Positions 1 through 12,488 of a stretch of 64,000 nucleotides of DNA are shown piece by piece. The notes below the pieces were generated by a model that searched no databases, was not told the DNA's origin, and saw only the letters and a program-made list of their open reading frames with translations. This DNA is from Tubulanus polymorphus (taxonomy: Eukaryota > Animalia > Nemertea). The stretch covers positions 16,579,452 through 16,643,451 of the forward strand of contig NC_134032.1 in the NCBI RefSeq assembly GCF_964204645.1, read 5' to 3'. Position 1 is the stretch's first letter, and every line of letters starts with the position of its first letter. A program made the translations under genes and the position numbers.

Positions 1-701
1 TTTCTCTCGATCCCAGATATCGTAATAATTCTATTACAGTGTTTGATGTGGTTAAACGGAATTGAGTCGGATACGCAGTGAACACGATTACCGGAATAAA
101 ACCGTTAAAACCCGGGGCGGCGCTGCTTTACATGTGGTTCATTATCACACCACAAAAAAACATCTCCATTTCTAATGTAAGTTTTATAAAGATTTTATTT
201 ATGATTTAGAGCTTGTTTATTAGTGTCGTCGGTTTCTTGAATAACGAGGTCGCATTCAATTCATCCACGAATTCTTCACGAGTTTCTATTCAATTCCGGA
301 CGCTACGACCTTATAATAGAACGACTTGTGTTAAATTAACGCTCTATCAAGACGATGCCTAGAAATGCTCAAAAGATTCTAGGTTTCTCGGAATTATTGT
401 CGAGTCTGTTAGGTGCAGAAATTTCCAGGCAGTAGATTCCGCGTCTTAAGTAAAGATTTTCATTCTCAAATTCTTCATAAAGGTAAACCGTTCATGCGGA
501 GTCCCTCTATCTTAATCAAAGCCTCCATCAAAACTAAACTCATCAGTAGCATTCACATTGAACTTGAACCTGATCGCGAAGGAATTATCCTTCGATTATT
601 AGTTTTCCCCTCTGCCCCCCCCACCCATATCACTCTCCCTCCCACGCACCCCTGTATCTCACCCCCTCGATCACTCTCGCACCTCACCCTCACTCTCCCC
701 C

Positions 702-940
<239 letters not shown>

Positions 941-1485
941 TCCCGCCCCCGTCAGACCTTTTGATCGTTCATTTTAAACTTTGCGTTAAATATGGGCAAT
1001 TTACACGTTGTTTAATGACGTCATAGCACAGATACAGAAATAGCAGCGGCCGCGACAGCAGCAGCACATTATCAAATCAATTAAATCAACAATCAAATAT
1101 CTCACATACACAACGAGTCGTATGTTTGCCTGAACCGTGACCGGAAACAACCATACAACAATGTTCGCTGACCTCAGTAACCGTTGCTATTAGAGGTCAG
1201 TCTCCCGGATCGCGGAGTGTGTATAGTATGAGCTACTGCAGTTTATATTATATGTCTCTATATCTCCAGTCGAGATTGACATTTAGGGTGAAATGGTAAC
1301 ATTCTTATGTTCAATGGCATCAAGAATAGAATAACGAAATATTCTTCGTATTAAATTTGATTCCAATTGATGGCATTATAGTGTCCCCTTACGAGTAGAA
1401 TGTTTTACCGTGTGAGCCATAGAAAATACATCACTCGTCGAAAAGAGAAAAACCAGCTGAAGAAAATCATAAAACAAGGGGTACA

Positions 1486-1932
1486 CCTAGACCAGATACT
1501 AGTTAGGACTACTGTAACCTAGACCAGATACTAGTTAGGACTACTGTAACCTAGACCAGATACTAGTTAGGACTACTGTAACCTAGACCAGATACTAGTT
1601 AGGACTACTGTCACCTAGACCAGATACTAGTTAGGACTACTGTCACCTAGACCAGATACTAGTTAGGACTACTGTAACCTAGACCAGATACTAGTTAGGA
1701 CTACTGTAACCTAGACCAGATACTAGTTAGGACTACTGTCACCTAGACCAGATACTAGTTAGGACTACTGTAACCTAGACCAGATACTAGTTAGGACTAC
1801 TGTAACCTAGACCAGATACTAGTTAGGACTACTGTCACCTAGACCAGATACTAGTTAGGACTACTGTAACCTAGACCAGATACTAGTTAGGACTATTGTA
1901 ACCTAGTCCAGATACAAGTAGGACTACTGTAA
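1486..1932. repeat. 32-bp minisatellite (CCTAGACCAGATACTAGTTAGGACTACTGTAA), ~14 copies
   Basis: Unit starts at 1486, 1518, 1550...; near-identical copies with an A/C variant. Confidence 0.95.
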
Positions 1933-4685
1933 TTTAGCCCACATGTCAGATATAGTAGTGTCTATGTATAGAAGATAATATCGGACACGCAACCTTTACG
2001 ATGACATTATGCTGATATTTTCTAAATAAACGCGCAGTCTATGTGCTTGTTTATCACCATCGTTTCCCACGTTCACAGAAACTCGTACCCCCAAGTGGGA
2101 AGTTTGGATTTCGTTTCGGTGACAAAACGAAGCCGGAAATTTAAACGTAAAAATGGGGCATTTCCGTTTCACCATCGAGTGGACGTGTAAGTTTTACTAC
2201 AACCGGAAGTGGGCAGAAGCGGAAGCCAGGACCGTAGATCGGTACCTGGGACCATCTCAACGTCAGTTTAAAGCGATCTTGTATCTTATGAAACGTCCCC
2301 CTGATGAACGGCTATAGAGCAGCCTACATCCATTCCGTCGATGTTAATCGCTATAATCAGCAGTTTCTCTATCATTTTGTTGACACGTTTTTGATTTGTT
2401 TATTATACGCAAAGTTTATGTAAATACTACCTAAACTTTGTAGCCTATCGCAACAATAAATCTCGTAGAGACGACCTTGACGTGACGTCATCAAACGTAT
2501 CCAGACACTGTGACGTCATTAAACTAATCTACATTCGCATGCATCGTTGAATGATATAATATCAATAAGATTAATAAATTTCTATTCTTTTTTCATATAT
2601 TCATGTAGATCATCTTAGTAGTAAATATTGGTTTTCATGCCACCACACGGGTATCGTTGACATGTCTCAGATTGGCCGTCAACTGGCCGTCAGCCGATTT
2701 GACATGATCTGAATGCCCGGTGTCATGATAAAAAGTCCACGGTTTGGACAGACCAGGGTGGAATCCCTGCCGAGAATGGATGCCGCGAGTAAAAGTGGGA
2801 AAATTCTCTCAAAGAAACAGACATCAATATGGGGCAGAGTAGACCAGTCAGAAACTGTGCGATTAAAAATAATCATTTTTGGCAAACTATTTCTATCAAT
2901 AATAGTTGTTTAGTCTGGAGATAATGATGTGTTATATAATCTTGGATTAATATTTACTGTCGTAGTATATCTCCCAGAAAAGCCGTCTGTTTTTCAAGCC
3001 TGATAAGTTCAATGTTCTGCAACGAATAAAATCTACCAATATACGACTTACAACTTCAAATATTAGTCTTTAGATTTTGAGACTATTCTAGGACGTATTA
3101 AGTAACTTGGCGTTGGGCTGGGCACTTGATTTGAAATAGTAATGAAACATTTACTAAAACTGGTCTTAAGTAGACGCAATCCGAGAGCTTAAGACTGGGC
3201 TTAATACGTTGTTAGATTAGTTTGAGTTTAGACTGGTCTTAAGTTGTTACATTGGCTAACTAAAACGAACTAAAAAATAGAACCAAAATAAGCTTAGACT
3301 CTGGCCGTAAGTTGTTGGATTGGTTATAGAACTATAACGAGCTTAGACTGGTTTGTTATACGTAGAACTGAAATAAGCTAATTTTTTTATGGAACGAGAT
3401 TCAAGGTGACCGAAAACTTTAATTAGAAGATGACCTATAACGCCACTCCTACAACAAAATGGAATCCATTTTTAGCCTCTGATCTGATAGACTCTGATAA
3501 AGATTCGAACAATGGTGATTTTGTCAAATTAAGATCTGTTTTGTCTAAATATTCCCGGATGCGTAAGCGTAATGCATCTCATTCGTGCTTAAAAGGTTTA
3601 TTTGTTGTCGCCGATGCTGAAACCCTCGTGTGTGGCGTGGGAGGTCATCAAATCAGAACTTACAGAATTATTTTCAACTCTTCCGAAAAACACAATCCAT
3701 TCTATGAAATTCGATCTAATTTTGGTTTGGTTTTCTCGGTTTTTCAAATTCCAAGTTGATTCGATCCATTTCCACAATTCGGTTGAGAACTATCAGCTCT
3801 CACAAATTATTGCAGATTCTATGAAAATACAGACATCGCTAGAAACATGCGATCCGGTACAGCGACATCTGGCGGGCCATTTGAATCTAACGACTGATTT
3901 CTCGGAGATGCGATAAAAAGTAAAGCACTCAACGATGGTTTCCTAGCAGACGGGTGATTGCCGAGAAGAGTAGATGGGGTAATAACTCATCCCGCTAGCT
4001 GTTAGCGACGAGGTCGCCGGCTAAATGGCCTACGTGCGCGAATCGAATCACAATTCCACATCGACCCAGTTCCACTATGGCATCAATATCACGCGGGATC
4101 CACTTCCACTTATGATTGCGTGGATAAGTTTCTCTGGCCCAAGGAATCCAGTGTGATGTAGAATTCCACAGTTGCACCGGGGTTGTATCATTTGACACAT
4201 TTTGTGTAGGGATTAATTTGATTGCGGACTGACTCAGAGTTCCACACCTATCGTAGGTTTATTCACTATCTCTACTGGAAAACCCCAGTCCAATTTTGAT
4301 TTCGAGGACGCAGAAAATTGTCAATTGCATTCTCGAGCCTGTGGGTGGTTGTGGGGTATCTCCCCCACCCTCACGTCAATACCCATATATGCATATCTAT
4401 ATTTGTAAAAATACATTTTATTTCAGAGATAAACAGCGCAATTATAAACATGATCCAATCGATCAATAATCGACAGAAATCTATATAAAGATATTTTTAG
4501 AACAGGTGCGCGTGTAGATATCTGTATATATATATATATATATAGCCACGCCGTTTATTTGCAGAAATTTTGTTAAATTTCTCTCCTCCTGAGTTTCATA
4601 TTTCGAGAAGAGTCGTTTCTTAGTTCCAGGGAGTCATGAAACGACGACCGGTTTCTATGCGATGTCAAAGTGTCATTCTGCGAAA

Positions 4686-4750
4686 GGGGCGGGGCTTAGA
4701 GCCGGCTGACTGGCTGATTGGTTATCGCGAATATTCGCTAGATATAAAAG
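4686..4750 (+). promoter_or_regulatory. Core promoter of the clan-7 P450: GC box, inverted CCAAT box, TATA box
   Basis: GGGGCGGGGC at 4686-4695, ATTGG at 4717-4721 and TATAAAAG at 4743-4750, in canonical order about 150 nt upstream of the ATG at 4898. Confidence 0.7.
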
Positions 4751-4897
4751 CCGGAATCGTTCGTGAGGCTAGTGGAGAATCGAACTGTGATCGAACACTA
4801 ACTTTACAAGTTAACTTACCAGCGATATTTCATCAGAGATTTTACTGTAAAGCAAAATACCGAAATCAACAATTCATCAAATTCTGCTGATTCAAAC

Positions 4898-7800
4898 ATG
4901 GCTGTTTTAGTGTGGATTTGCGTTTTGACGGCTGTACTTTGCTTTGCTGCGATCAGGACATTCTACCGAAAAAGGTAAGCAAATAGATTCGTTTATTTGA
5001 ACTTTCTATCAAAGTCATGTATATGTTTCTTTTTTGTCACCTTATCGGGGTCGAAGTGCGAACATGCCGTAGAAAACACGCTCGCTATTTGGTGACAAAG
5101 TTCTCAATTGTTTTCCTCTTGTCTAAAGAATGTTTTACAACTGATAAGTTTCGTATTTAGTTAGCTCTTGTAAAACGCGTTAAACTATGAAAAGAGTTAT
5201 ATAAAGTCTTATCGCTCGTAGATAAGATAAAACGTGAAATTCTGGGACTCGAACCTGATTCGTTACCGCCAAACCACCAACGCATTGTATTCTCAACTTC
5301 ACGTGTCGGTTTTAGCTTTGTGTGTCAAACGTTATCACATTTCGAGTGTCACACCATATTAACAAAAGTCGCCAGACTTATCATTCCTTATCGTAAATGT
5401 TTTTGTAAAATTGATACGTACGTGTGTTTAAAACTGACATCAAACACACCGGCCGTAGATAACGGCTCGAAACACTCTCCCATCAGCCTTTGAAAATCGC
5501 TTCTGTATTTTTACTATTCTTAGAAATGAAAAACTAAAACACGTGGTTTGTCTCCAGTTTAGCTAAAGTTAGACGGGTTTTAGTGTTCTACCATCGCGTC
5601 TGGTGACAACGACATCGTAAAAAATCATTGAATACTTAATTATAAAAGGCGTCTCTTTGAACTGTGTCTGAGAGAGAGAATAGTCTGTCTGGGATGCGCT
5701 GAGATCGATGTTCTATGCAACAAACTTCAAATTGGGTACCGAATATCAAGCGTTTTCTTTGTTCAACCATCAACTGTGTTTAGACCAGTCTCTCCTGGGC
5801 GACCAAGGCTGACATTTTCTCTGTTCAGTTGGTTTGTAAAAGTTTATCAATTTGCTGCTTAGCAAGGGAAGGAAAACTGCGTTTGAATAACAACGTGGGC
5901 AGTTAAAAGCAGAAAGCGATGAAGGCAACCTGGATGCCGGCCTCCGTCTCGACTCGAAATATTTCCATTTTTAAGAATAAAATTCATTTCAACTTTTTAA
6001 ACTTTATCAAAGGAAAAGTGAAAAAAATAAAATGCAGAAAAAAATGTCACACATAAAAATCGATTTGATTTTGTTATAGGTGTCGCCACCACCGTCGGCG
6101 ATTACTGAACTTCTGCTCGAACGAGTCGAAATATTGAATAAACGTCAATTTAAAGCCAAAAACGACACTTAAGTTGAATAGAGTGGATAAAACTTGAGAG
6201 CGGAATCTAGGTGGATCAGGCGATGATATTGTTACGTGAAGAGCCATCAAAACTATTGAGAAAACAATAAAACATCTTGTAATTGGCGGCAAAAATCGCG
6301 CTTCCAGGAGCGACGAATATTAATTACAACACAACGAAACCGTTAAACCGCCAACGCAATTAAAACTATTTCATCGTAAATCGATTCGATGGAGCAGTAG
6401 CGGCAGTAGCGGCAGCGGCGGCAGCGGCAGCAGACTGCTCCATTTTAAAACAATGACAGTTATAGAAATCGATCTATAAGTTAATCAGGTGATCTAGAAA
6501 AAAACGAGGGTTTTCTATCAGACGATGATTTAAAAATAAGGTTCACAAGTAGCACAGCAGACCACGATACTGTGACCTTGTCCTCTTTGAATTTCTTAGT
6601 TCAATATTAAATATAATCCGCTGTGAAAGATATTTCCGTCAGGCCGAGTAACTGGCTGCTGAACCCAATATGTTTTAATTCAGAATTCACATTAAAATTA
6701 CTTCATTTTAAATGCTAGTGTAGGATCATAAAGCATATGGGACCAGGAAAAAATGATTCGTTGCTATGATACGCTCTCATTGTTGAGCGAAATTTGAATA
6801 TATACCGCAACAATACCCCGGGTATCATAGCGACCCCAAATCAGAATGGCGAGCACTGGGTTAGGGTTAGGGTATTTGTGAGCAATGTTTTAAATGTTTA
6901 AGACAAGTTTTCTCAACTTGGTGTCGATTTCATGTATTTTAGGAGGAAAGGTGAACCGGAGATTGTTAAGGGGAGTATATTGTTTGGTAGCGCGATTGAC
7001 TTCAATCAACACGCCGTTAGTTTCTTACACAAATGTAGAGATGAGTACGGTGACGTATTCACTATTCGTTTGGTAAATCAGTATCTAACGGTGATAATGG
7101 ACCCGCACGCCTACGAAACCGTTTCCAAGACGAAAACTTTCGATTTCGACGCTATTCAACGTCAGGTAAACTGGAACGTGTTCAGTTTCGTTTTGAAAGA
7201 CGCGCGGAAGATGATTAAAGAGACTGGTCGTACTGTACGCGGGAACTATCTCAATAAAGGCATCGCTAACTTCCAAAATAACCTGTTAAGCTGTTGCGAA
7301 AACGCGTTCACCGATGAACCCGGAAACTGGTCTGATATGGGACTGCGCACATTCGCCTCGAAGACGGCGTTCGGAGCGATATTTGACACGGTTTTCGGAC
7401 GGTCCGCTGACCATCCGTTCAATTCGACCTCCGTTTACAAAAACTTCGAAACGTACCATCGATATTTCAACTTCTTGTGGCTCGGATTTCCTCGTAAACT
7501 GTTCCCAGCCGCTTGTAAAGCGCTGGAAGGTTTACTGGTCGCCCCATCATCGAACCAACTTCTCCATCGAGAGGACTGCTCCGATTATATCAAATTCGCT
7601 TGCAGACACATGCTCGAACGCGGTCAAAATGAAGCTGAAATTCTCGGACACAATCTGGTGTATTTGCACGTTAATTACAACACGTTCAGGTTGATATTCT
7701 GGGCGTTGAATAACTTGCTCGAATACCCGGATGCTCGTAAAGCCGTAGAGAACGAACTGAAACAAGCGATCGAAGATAAACTCGAAGAACCGGAAAATCA

Positions 7801-8932
7801 GGCCCGTTTTACCGTGAAAGAAGTCGAAAGTTTTCCAGTTCTTGGTAAGTTTTATCAATCTTGACTGAAATCGTGAAATTGAATAACTTTTCCAATTGAG
7901 AAAATATTGAACGTTTTCAAACATAACTTTTCATTTAAAAATGGTCTGAAATACAATCAATGAGTAAAAAAACGTGGAAGCCAGTTGCAACCATTTCACA
8001 CTTTAAATCATTTCTTTTTCTTTTGAAAACTCATTCAATATTTTCAGTTTAAGTTTTATCGTTTCTTTTTTTCAAAATTCATAAAAGACATATATCTATA
8101 GCTATAGTTTATTTCTAATTATGAATTATTAGAAAGATATGTGGTTAAGCTTGAGTTGATTACGATCGAATTTAATTCGAATTTGATTTCCACGTATATT
8201 ACAGATAGTTTTGTTCAAGAAAGTTTCCGGATGGCAAGCGGGGTTTTCATGGTGCGTTACGTGACCGAGGACACCGAATTTCAGACTCACGACGGTAAAT
8301 CCTACCTCATCAGAAAAGGCGACCGAGTTGCAATTTACCCGCCAGCCATCCATAAAGATCCGAAAATATTCACCGAACCACTGGTAAGTTATTGTTCTTC
8401 AGAAATAATCTATAATTAGATTCGTGGACGCGGATCATTTTATGAAATGAAGTTTACGGCGAAAAGTCAGACAGTTGTAAATTAGTAGTAAAACGTTTAT
8501 TTACGATTGTTGCGAGAATAAGACCGGAATAGCGATAAATCCCGGCTTAAATAAAGATGTTTTAGTACTGCGTGGTTTATTGTCATGACGACTAGACACG
8601 ATCGATGTAACATTTTTATTGGTCTCTTGTAGGAATTTCAGTATGATCGGTTTCATCGTAACGGTCAGAAGGTGACGTTTTACAAAGACGGCGACGAGTT
8701 GAAACATCCCGTGATGCCGTTCGGTACGATCTGTCCCGGTCAGAGATATGCAACCATACAAATAAAATGGTACTTAATGACAGTGCTAAACATGTTCGAT
8801 ATGGAACTATATGATGGAGAGCATGCGGAATACGATTATCAGTACCACGGCCACGAGATCCTTCCGCCGTCACATGATGTGAATTGTAAGTTTCTGCGTC
8901 GAGAACAATTTACGAAATTGATCTTAGAATGA
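4898..8932 (+). CDS. Cytochrome P450, clan 7 (CYP7A1/CYP7B1/CYP8-like), 4 coding exons, ~485 aa
   Basis: Exons 4898-4974, 6943-7844, 8205-8383 and 8633-8932, all GT-AG, total 1458 nt in frame. N-terminal TM anchor MAVLVWICVLTAVLCFAAIRTFYRKR is followed by RRKGEP. Also YGDVFTIRL, ExxR (ESFR), YLIRKGDRVAIYP, FQYDRF, TFYKDG and MPFGTICPG. These motifs and the three intron positions/phases match vertebrate CYP7A1 as I recall it. Confidence 0.92.
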
Positions 8933-10944
8933 GAAAGATGTAGATAACAGCGCCTCCTGCCGGTCAGGATCGATTATAATGATGATGACGCAAAAAATTG
9001 TATATTTGCAAACGAAAAGACGGTTCCTCTCTTCAAAAGAGAGATTCATAAGATTGAGGCCAGTTGCATAGTCAAGGCGGATCAGTTTGGTTCTATAACC
9101 GATTTAACATCCTAAGACCAGCAATGTTTATTTTGAACGTGCAACACTTTGCAACTCCTCAGTCTGGTTTTTGTTGTAATCCACCGTAGAAGGTTGTGAT
9201 TGGTTGGGACTCGATCTGATTCGGTCAGATACAAGATGATTTAGTTCGGGGTTCTATAATCCCGTGATAATTAATGCTATTATTATAACTATTTTTGATA
9301 CTGTAAAATTGTTAAACGAAAAATGTAAATACGAATATCATATTATAAACTAACATATTATTTGTCATTTTAAATCATGTCTTAAAAATAGAAATGAAAA
9401 AATTCACTCGTTTTAAGAAGAAATAGTTTTAAAAAGTAGATTTTGAAATCAAATTCTCGGCCTTGAATTCATAAATTGCTCTTTGGAATAATTATTTCTA
9501 TTAATGAATTATGAAATTAAATTGATCGTGAGCAAATTGAATATTTCAAATCGTTACTTTTCAGTTCGTGCCAAAATTATTGTTATTTTTCACGCCGGGA
9601 AAAATAACACCTGAAAATGTGTGAAAAACAAAATGTGGCGCCTGAAGAGTTGTGTACTTTTAATGAGAGCGATTTATAAATCGTAAATCGTCAATCGAAT
9701 AATCGTATTTATTGTAAATCTTAAATCTAATGACTTATGAATATTTCAGTTTTTATGAATTTAAATTTTTTTGTTTGGATAGAATTTGTCATCAATTGTT
9801 GTTCTGAAAACTTGATACCTCAATGAAACGGGACAAGTTGGTTACCGTGCGTAGTGATATAGAATCTCTCATACTGAATCTCAACCGTTATATATATATA
9901 TATATATATATAATATTCAAACTGTACATATTGATAAATAGATGGTGCTTTTGAGAACAACATTCCGCGTGTTGTGGTCCTGTGGTACTCACGTGCCAGC
10001 GGCTGCAGTTTCCGGTCACTGGCACGCGACCAGGTGCAAATATTTGTTGAAGAAAATGAGTTCAATGATTGTACGATTTATCAATATCTTAAATGCGTAC
10101 AAATCACAATTAAGGGGATAATCCGGATCCGAATTCATGGATGGATCTCTCGCTAATTCTCCACAGTTTACAAATGTTACTAATAAAAACCAGTCTGAAT
10201 TTACATTTCATACTGAAAAAAAATGCAATCGCTGAAATGTGTTGATCTTGTTGATGTTGCTAAAATATGAAATATAAAACTCATACATGTTCATTAAAAC
10301 CGCTGTATGAACTAAATATGCATTTATTTAAAGTTGTTAAATAAACTTATTGTTTATAGAGGGAGCCAGTATCGCGCGACCGTTGGGTTTAAAAATAATT
10401 ACTCTTACTCATTGTTGTTAACATTAGTAACTGATTTGTGTGACTGAAACTATTGTTTTAATCTTGGATTTGACGGCCAGTTGATCATAAACAAATTGTA
10501 TTTTTCTTCAGTGTTATAAAAAAGGATGGAAATAATGTATAATGTTGATTGTTATCGTCCGGGGGAAAACATGTGCTGAATTGCCGAAACGTCATCATTT
10601 CACGCGTAATACGTCATTGTTATCTGCGCATGTACATGATAGAGTTTAATTGTTTAGACGTGAAAATCTTTATTCAATTGTCCACCAGAAAATGTTTTCA
10701 ATGCTCAAATTGTTGTTACAGTAACTATAAAAACCAATTGGTCAGTATCCCCCCTACAGTCTGGTAGGTCAGTAGGTCTAATAATCTAGAGGAGCTAATA
10801 GTTGTATTTCAATAATCAATCGAAAATAAATTTGATAGAAATCAAATTTCAGTACAAGGTCCAGTTTCACGAAATGTGGTAAATCTCTAAATCTGGATTT
10901 GAATGAATGAAAACTTGGATAGATATTAAGAGTTACCGGTAAAA

Positions 10945-11297
10945 TGAGCTGAGACTCCTCTGAGCCTCCTCCTGAGCTGAGACTCCTCTGAGCCTCCTCC
11001 TGAGCTGAGACTCCTCTGAGCCTCCTCCTGAGCTGAGACTCCTCTGAGCCTCCTCCTGAGCTGAGACTCCTCTGAGCCTCCTCCTGAGCTGAGACTCCTC
11101 TGAGCCTCCTCCTGAGCTGAGACTCCTCTGAGCCTCCTCCGGAGCTGAGCCTCCTCTGAGCCTCCTCCTGAGCTGAGACTCCTCTGAGCCTTCTCCTGAG
11201 CTGAGACTCCTCTGAGCCTCCTCCTGAGCTGAGACTCCTCTGAGCCTCCTCCTGAGCTGAGACTCCTCTGAGCCTCCTCCTGAGCTGAGCCTCCTCT
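10945..11297. repeat. 28-bp minisatellite (TGAGCTGAGACTCCTCTGAGCCTCCTCC), ~12.5 copies
   Basis: Period 28 (10945, 10973...); it explains the two repetitive ORFs at 10778-11362. Confidence 0.95.
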
Positions 11298-11480
11298 GTA
11301 TCATGTCTTACAGTTGTAAATATCGAATATGAATGATGTATATTTATTGAAGATTCATACAATCATCATCTCAACTCAATTAATCAATTAATCATGTAAT
11401 GTAATTTATTAGTTTATTTAAAACAGTAAATAAGACAAAAACTTTTCGTCGCAGATGTTTCTTTTCTTGGAGTTATTGAG

Positions 11481-11722
11481 GAGTCTTTCGGTCGGAGCTC
11501 CTCGGGTCGCTGAGTCTTTCAGTCGGAGCTCCTCGGGTCGCAGAGTCTTTCAGTCGGAGCTCCTCGGGTCGCAGAGTCTTTCAGTCGGGGCTTCTTGGAC
11601 GCGGAGTTTCCCTCCGAACAATCGACTCCCCCCGGATCAGACCTACCCAAGCAATTCCCCCCTCCCCCGGATCAGACCTACCCAAGCAATCCCCCTTCCC
11701 CCGGATCAGACCTACCCAAGCA
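11481..11722. repeat. Two short adjacent minisatellites (31 bp x~4; ~34 bp x3)
   Basis: AGTCTTTCAGTCGGAGCTCCTCGGGTCGCAG repeats, then CCCCGGATCAGACCTACCCAAGCAA repeats. Confidence 0.85.
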
Positions 11723-12488
11723 AACCCGAAAAATCGACAATGATGTAAAGCCAGATACATTTTAAACCGTTATTCAATATTTGATCGGTTTTTGATCGAT
11801 GTGGCAGGAATAAATGTGGCAGGAATGAAGATAATTGCTCGCTTATTGAGACACAAGACACATAGTGCATGAAGAATTGAGGAATGGATTTATGTGAGGG
11901 TGGTTCTAGAGTAAAATGTGTAAATTTATGCTTACGTCAACAGTGGATAGAACGGAATTATTGATACAAACTTTAAGGTGTTGATTTTGAGTGGGTGAGT
12001 TTAGGGCGATGTGGTGTCTGAGGGGGCGCCTGGGAGACATAGGGGGGAGGGGGCTGGGAGACATGGGGGGGGGGGGGGTTGCTAACGACAATCATAGTGT
12101 GTTTAACTGAAATTCATCAAAGAGTGCCGACACCACGTGACCCGGGGCGGGCGGCAGTGTGTTTATGGACTCGCGATAAACATTCCTTGTGTCACCGGGA
12201 TTGAACCCGGGACAACTCGAGACAGTGCTAAGAATTAGTACTGATAAGCCGGATTCGAACCTAGGATACATCTCATCCTCGAGCACCCGAGCTACGGGGA
12301 GGGGGTGCTCAGTTCTAATTCAAATACCCAGGGGCATTGTACGTGTCAATCCATTTAGTTCACAGAAATTCCGCCAGATGGGGGATGAGATGTATAGAGA
12401 CGACTGCTGAACAAATTTAATTTACGTTGCCTAATTTCAAAGGGTTTTTCAATACACAGATGTATTTCAATTATTCGCAGGGGCTATT

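Noticed and set aside
4351-4380. SREBP-like site (GTGGGGTAT / ATCTCCCCCAC) upstream of the CYP7-like gene
   Set aside because: Imperfect match to ATCACCCCAC; a short motif that cannot be distinguished from chance.
3860-8963. CTCF-like motifs (3860-3876, 8949-8963; also ~22692, ~53676, ~58270)
   Set aside because: Degenerate matches judged by eye with no scoring or conservation evidence.
10778-11362. Repetitive ORFs (EEAQRSLSSGGGS...)
   Set aside because: Products of a 28-bp repeat that cycles through all frames; no splice or start context.
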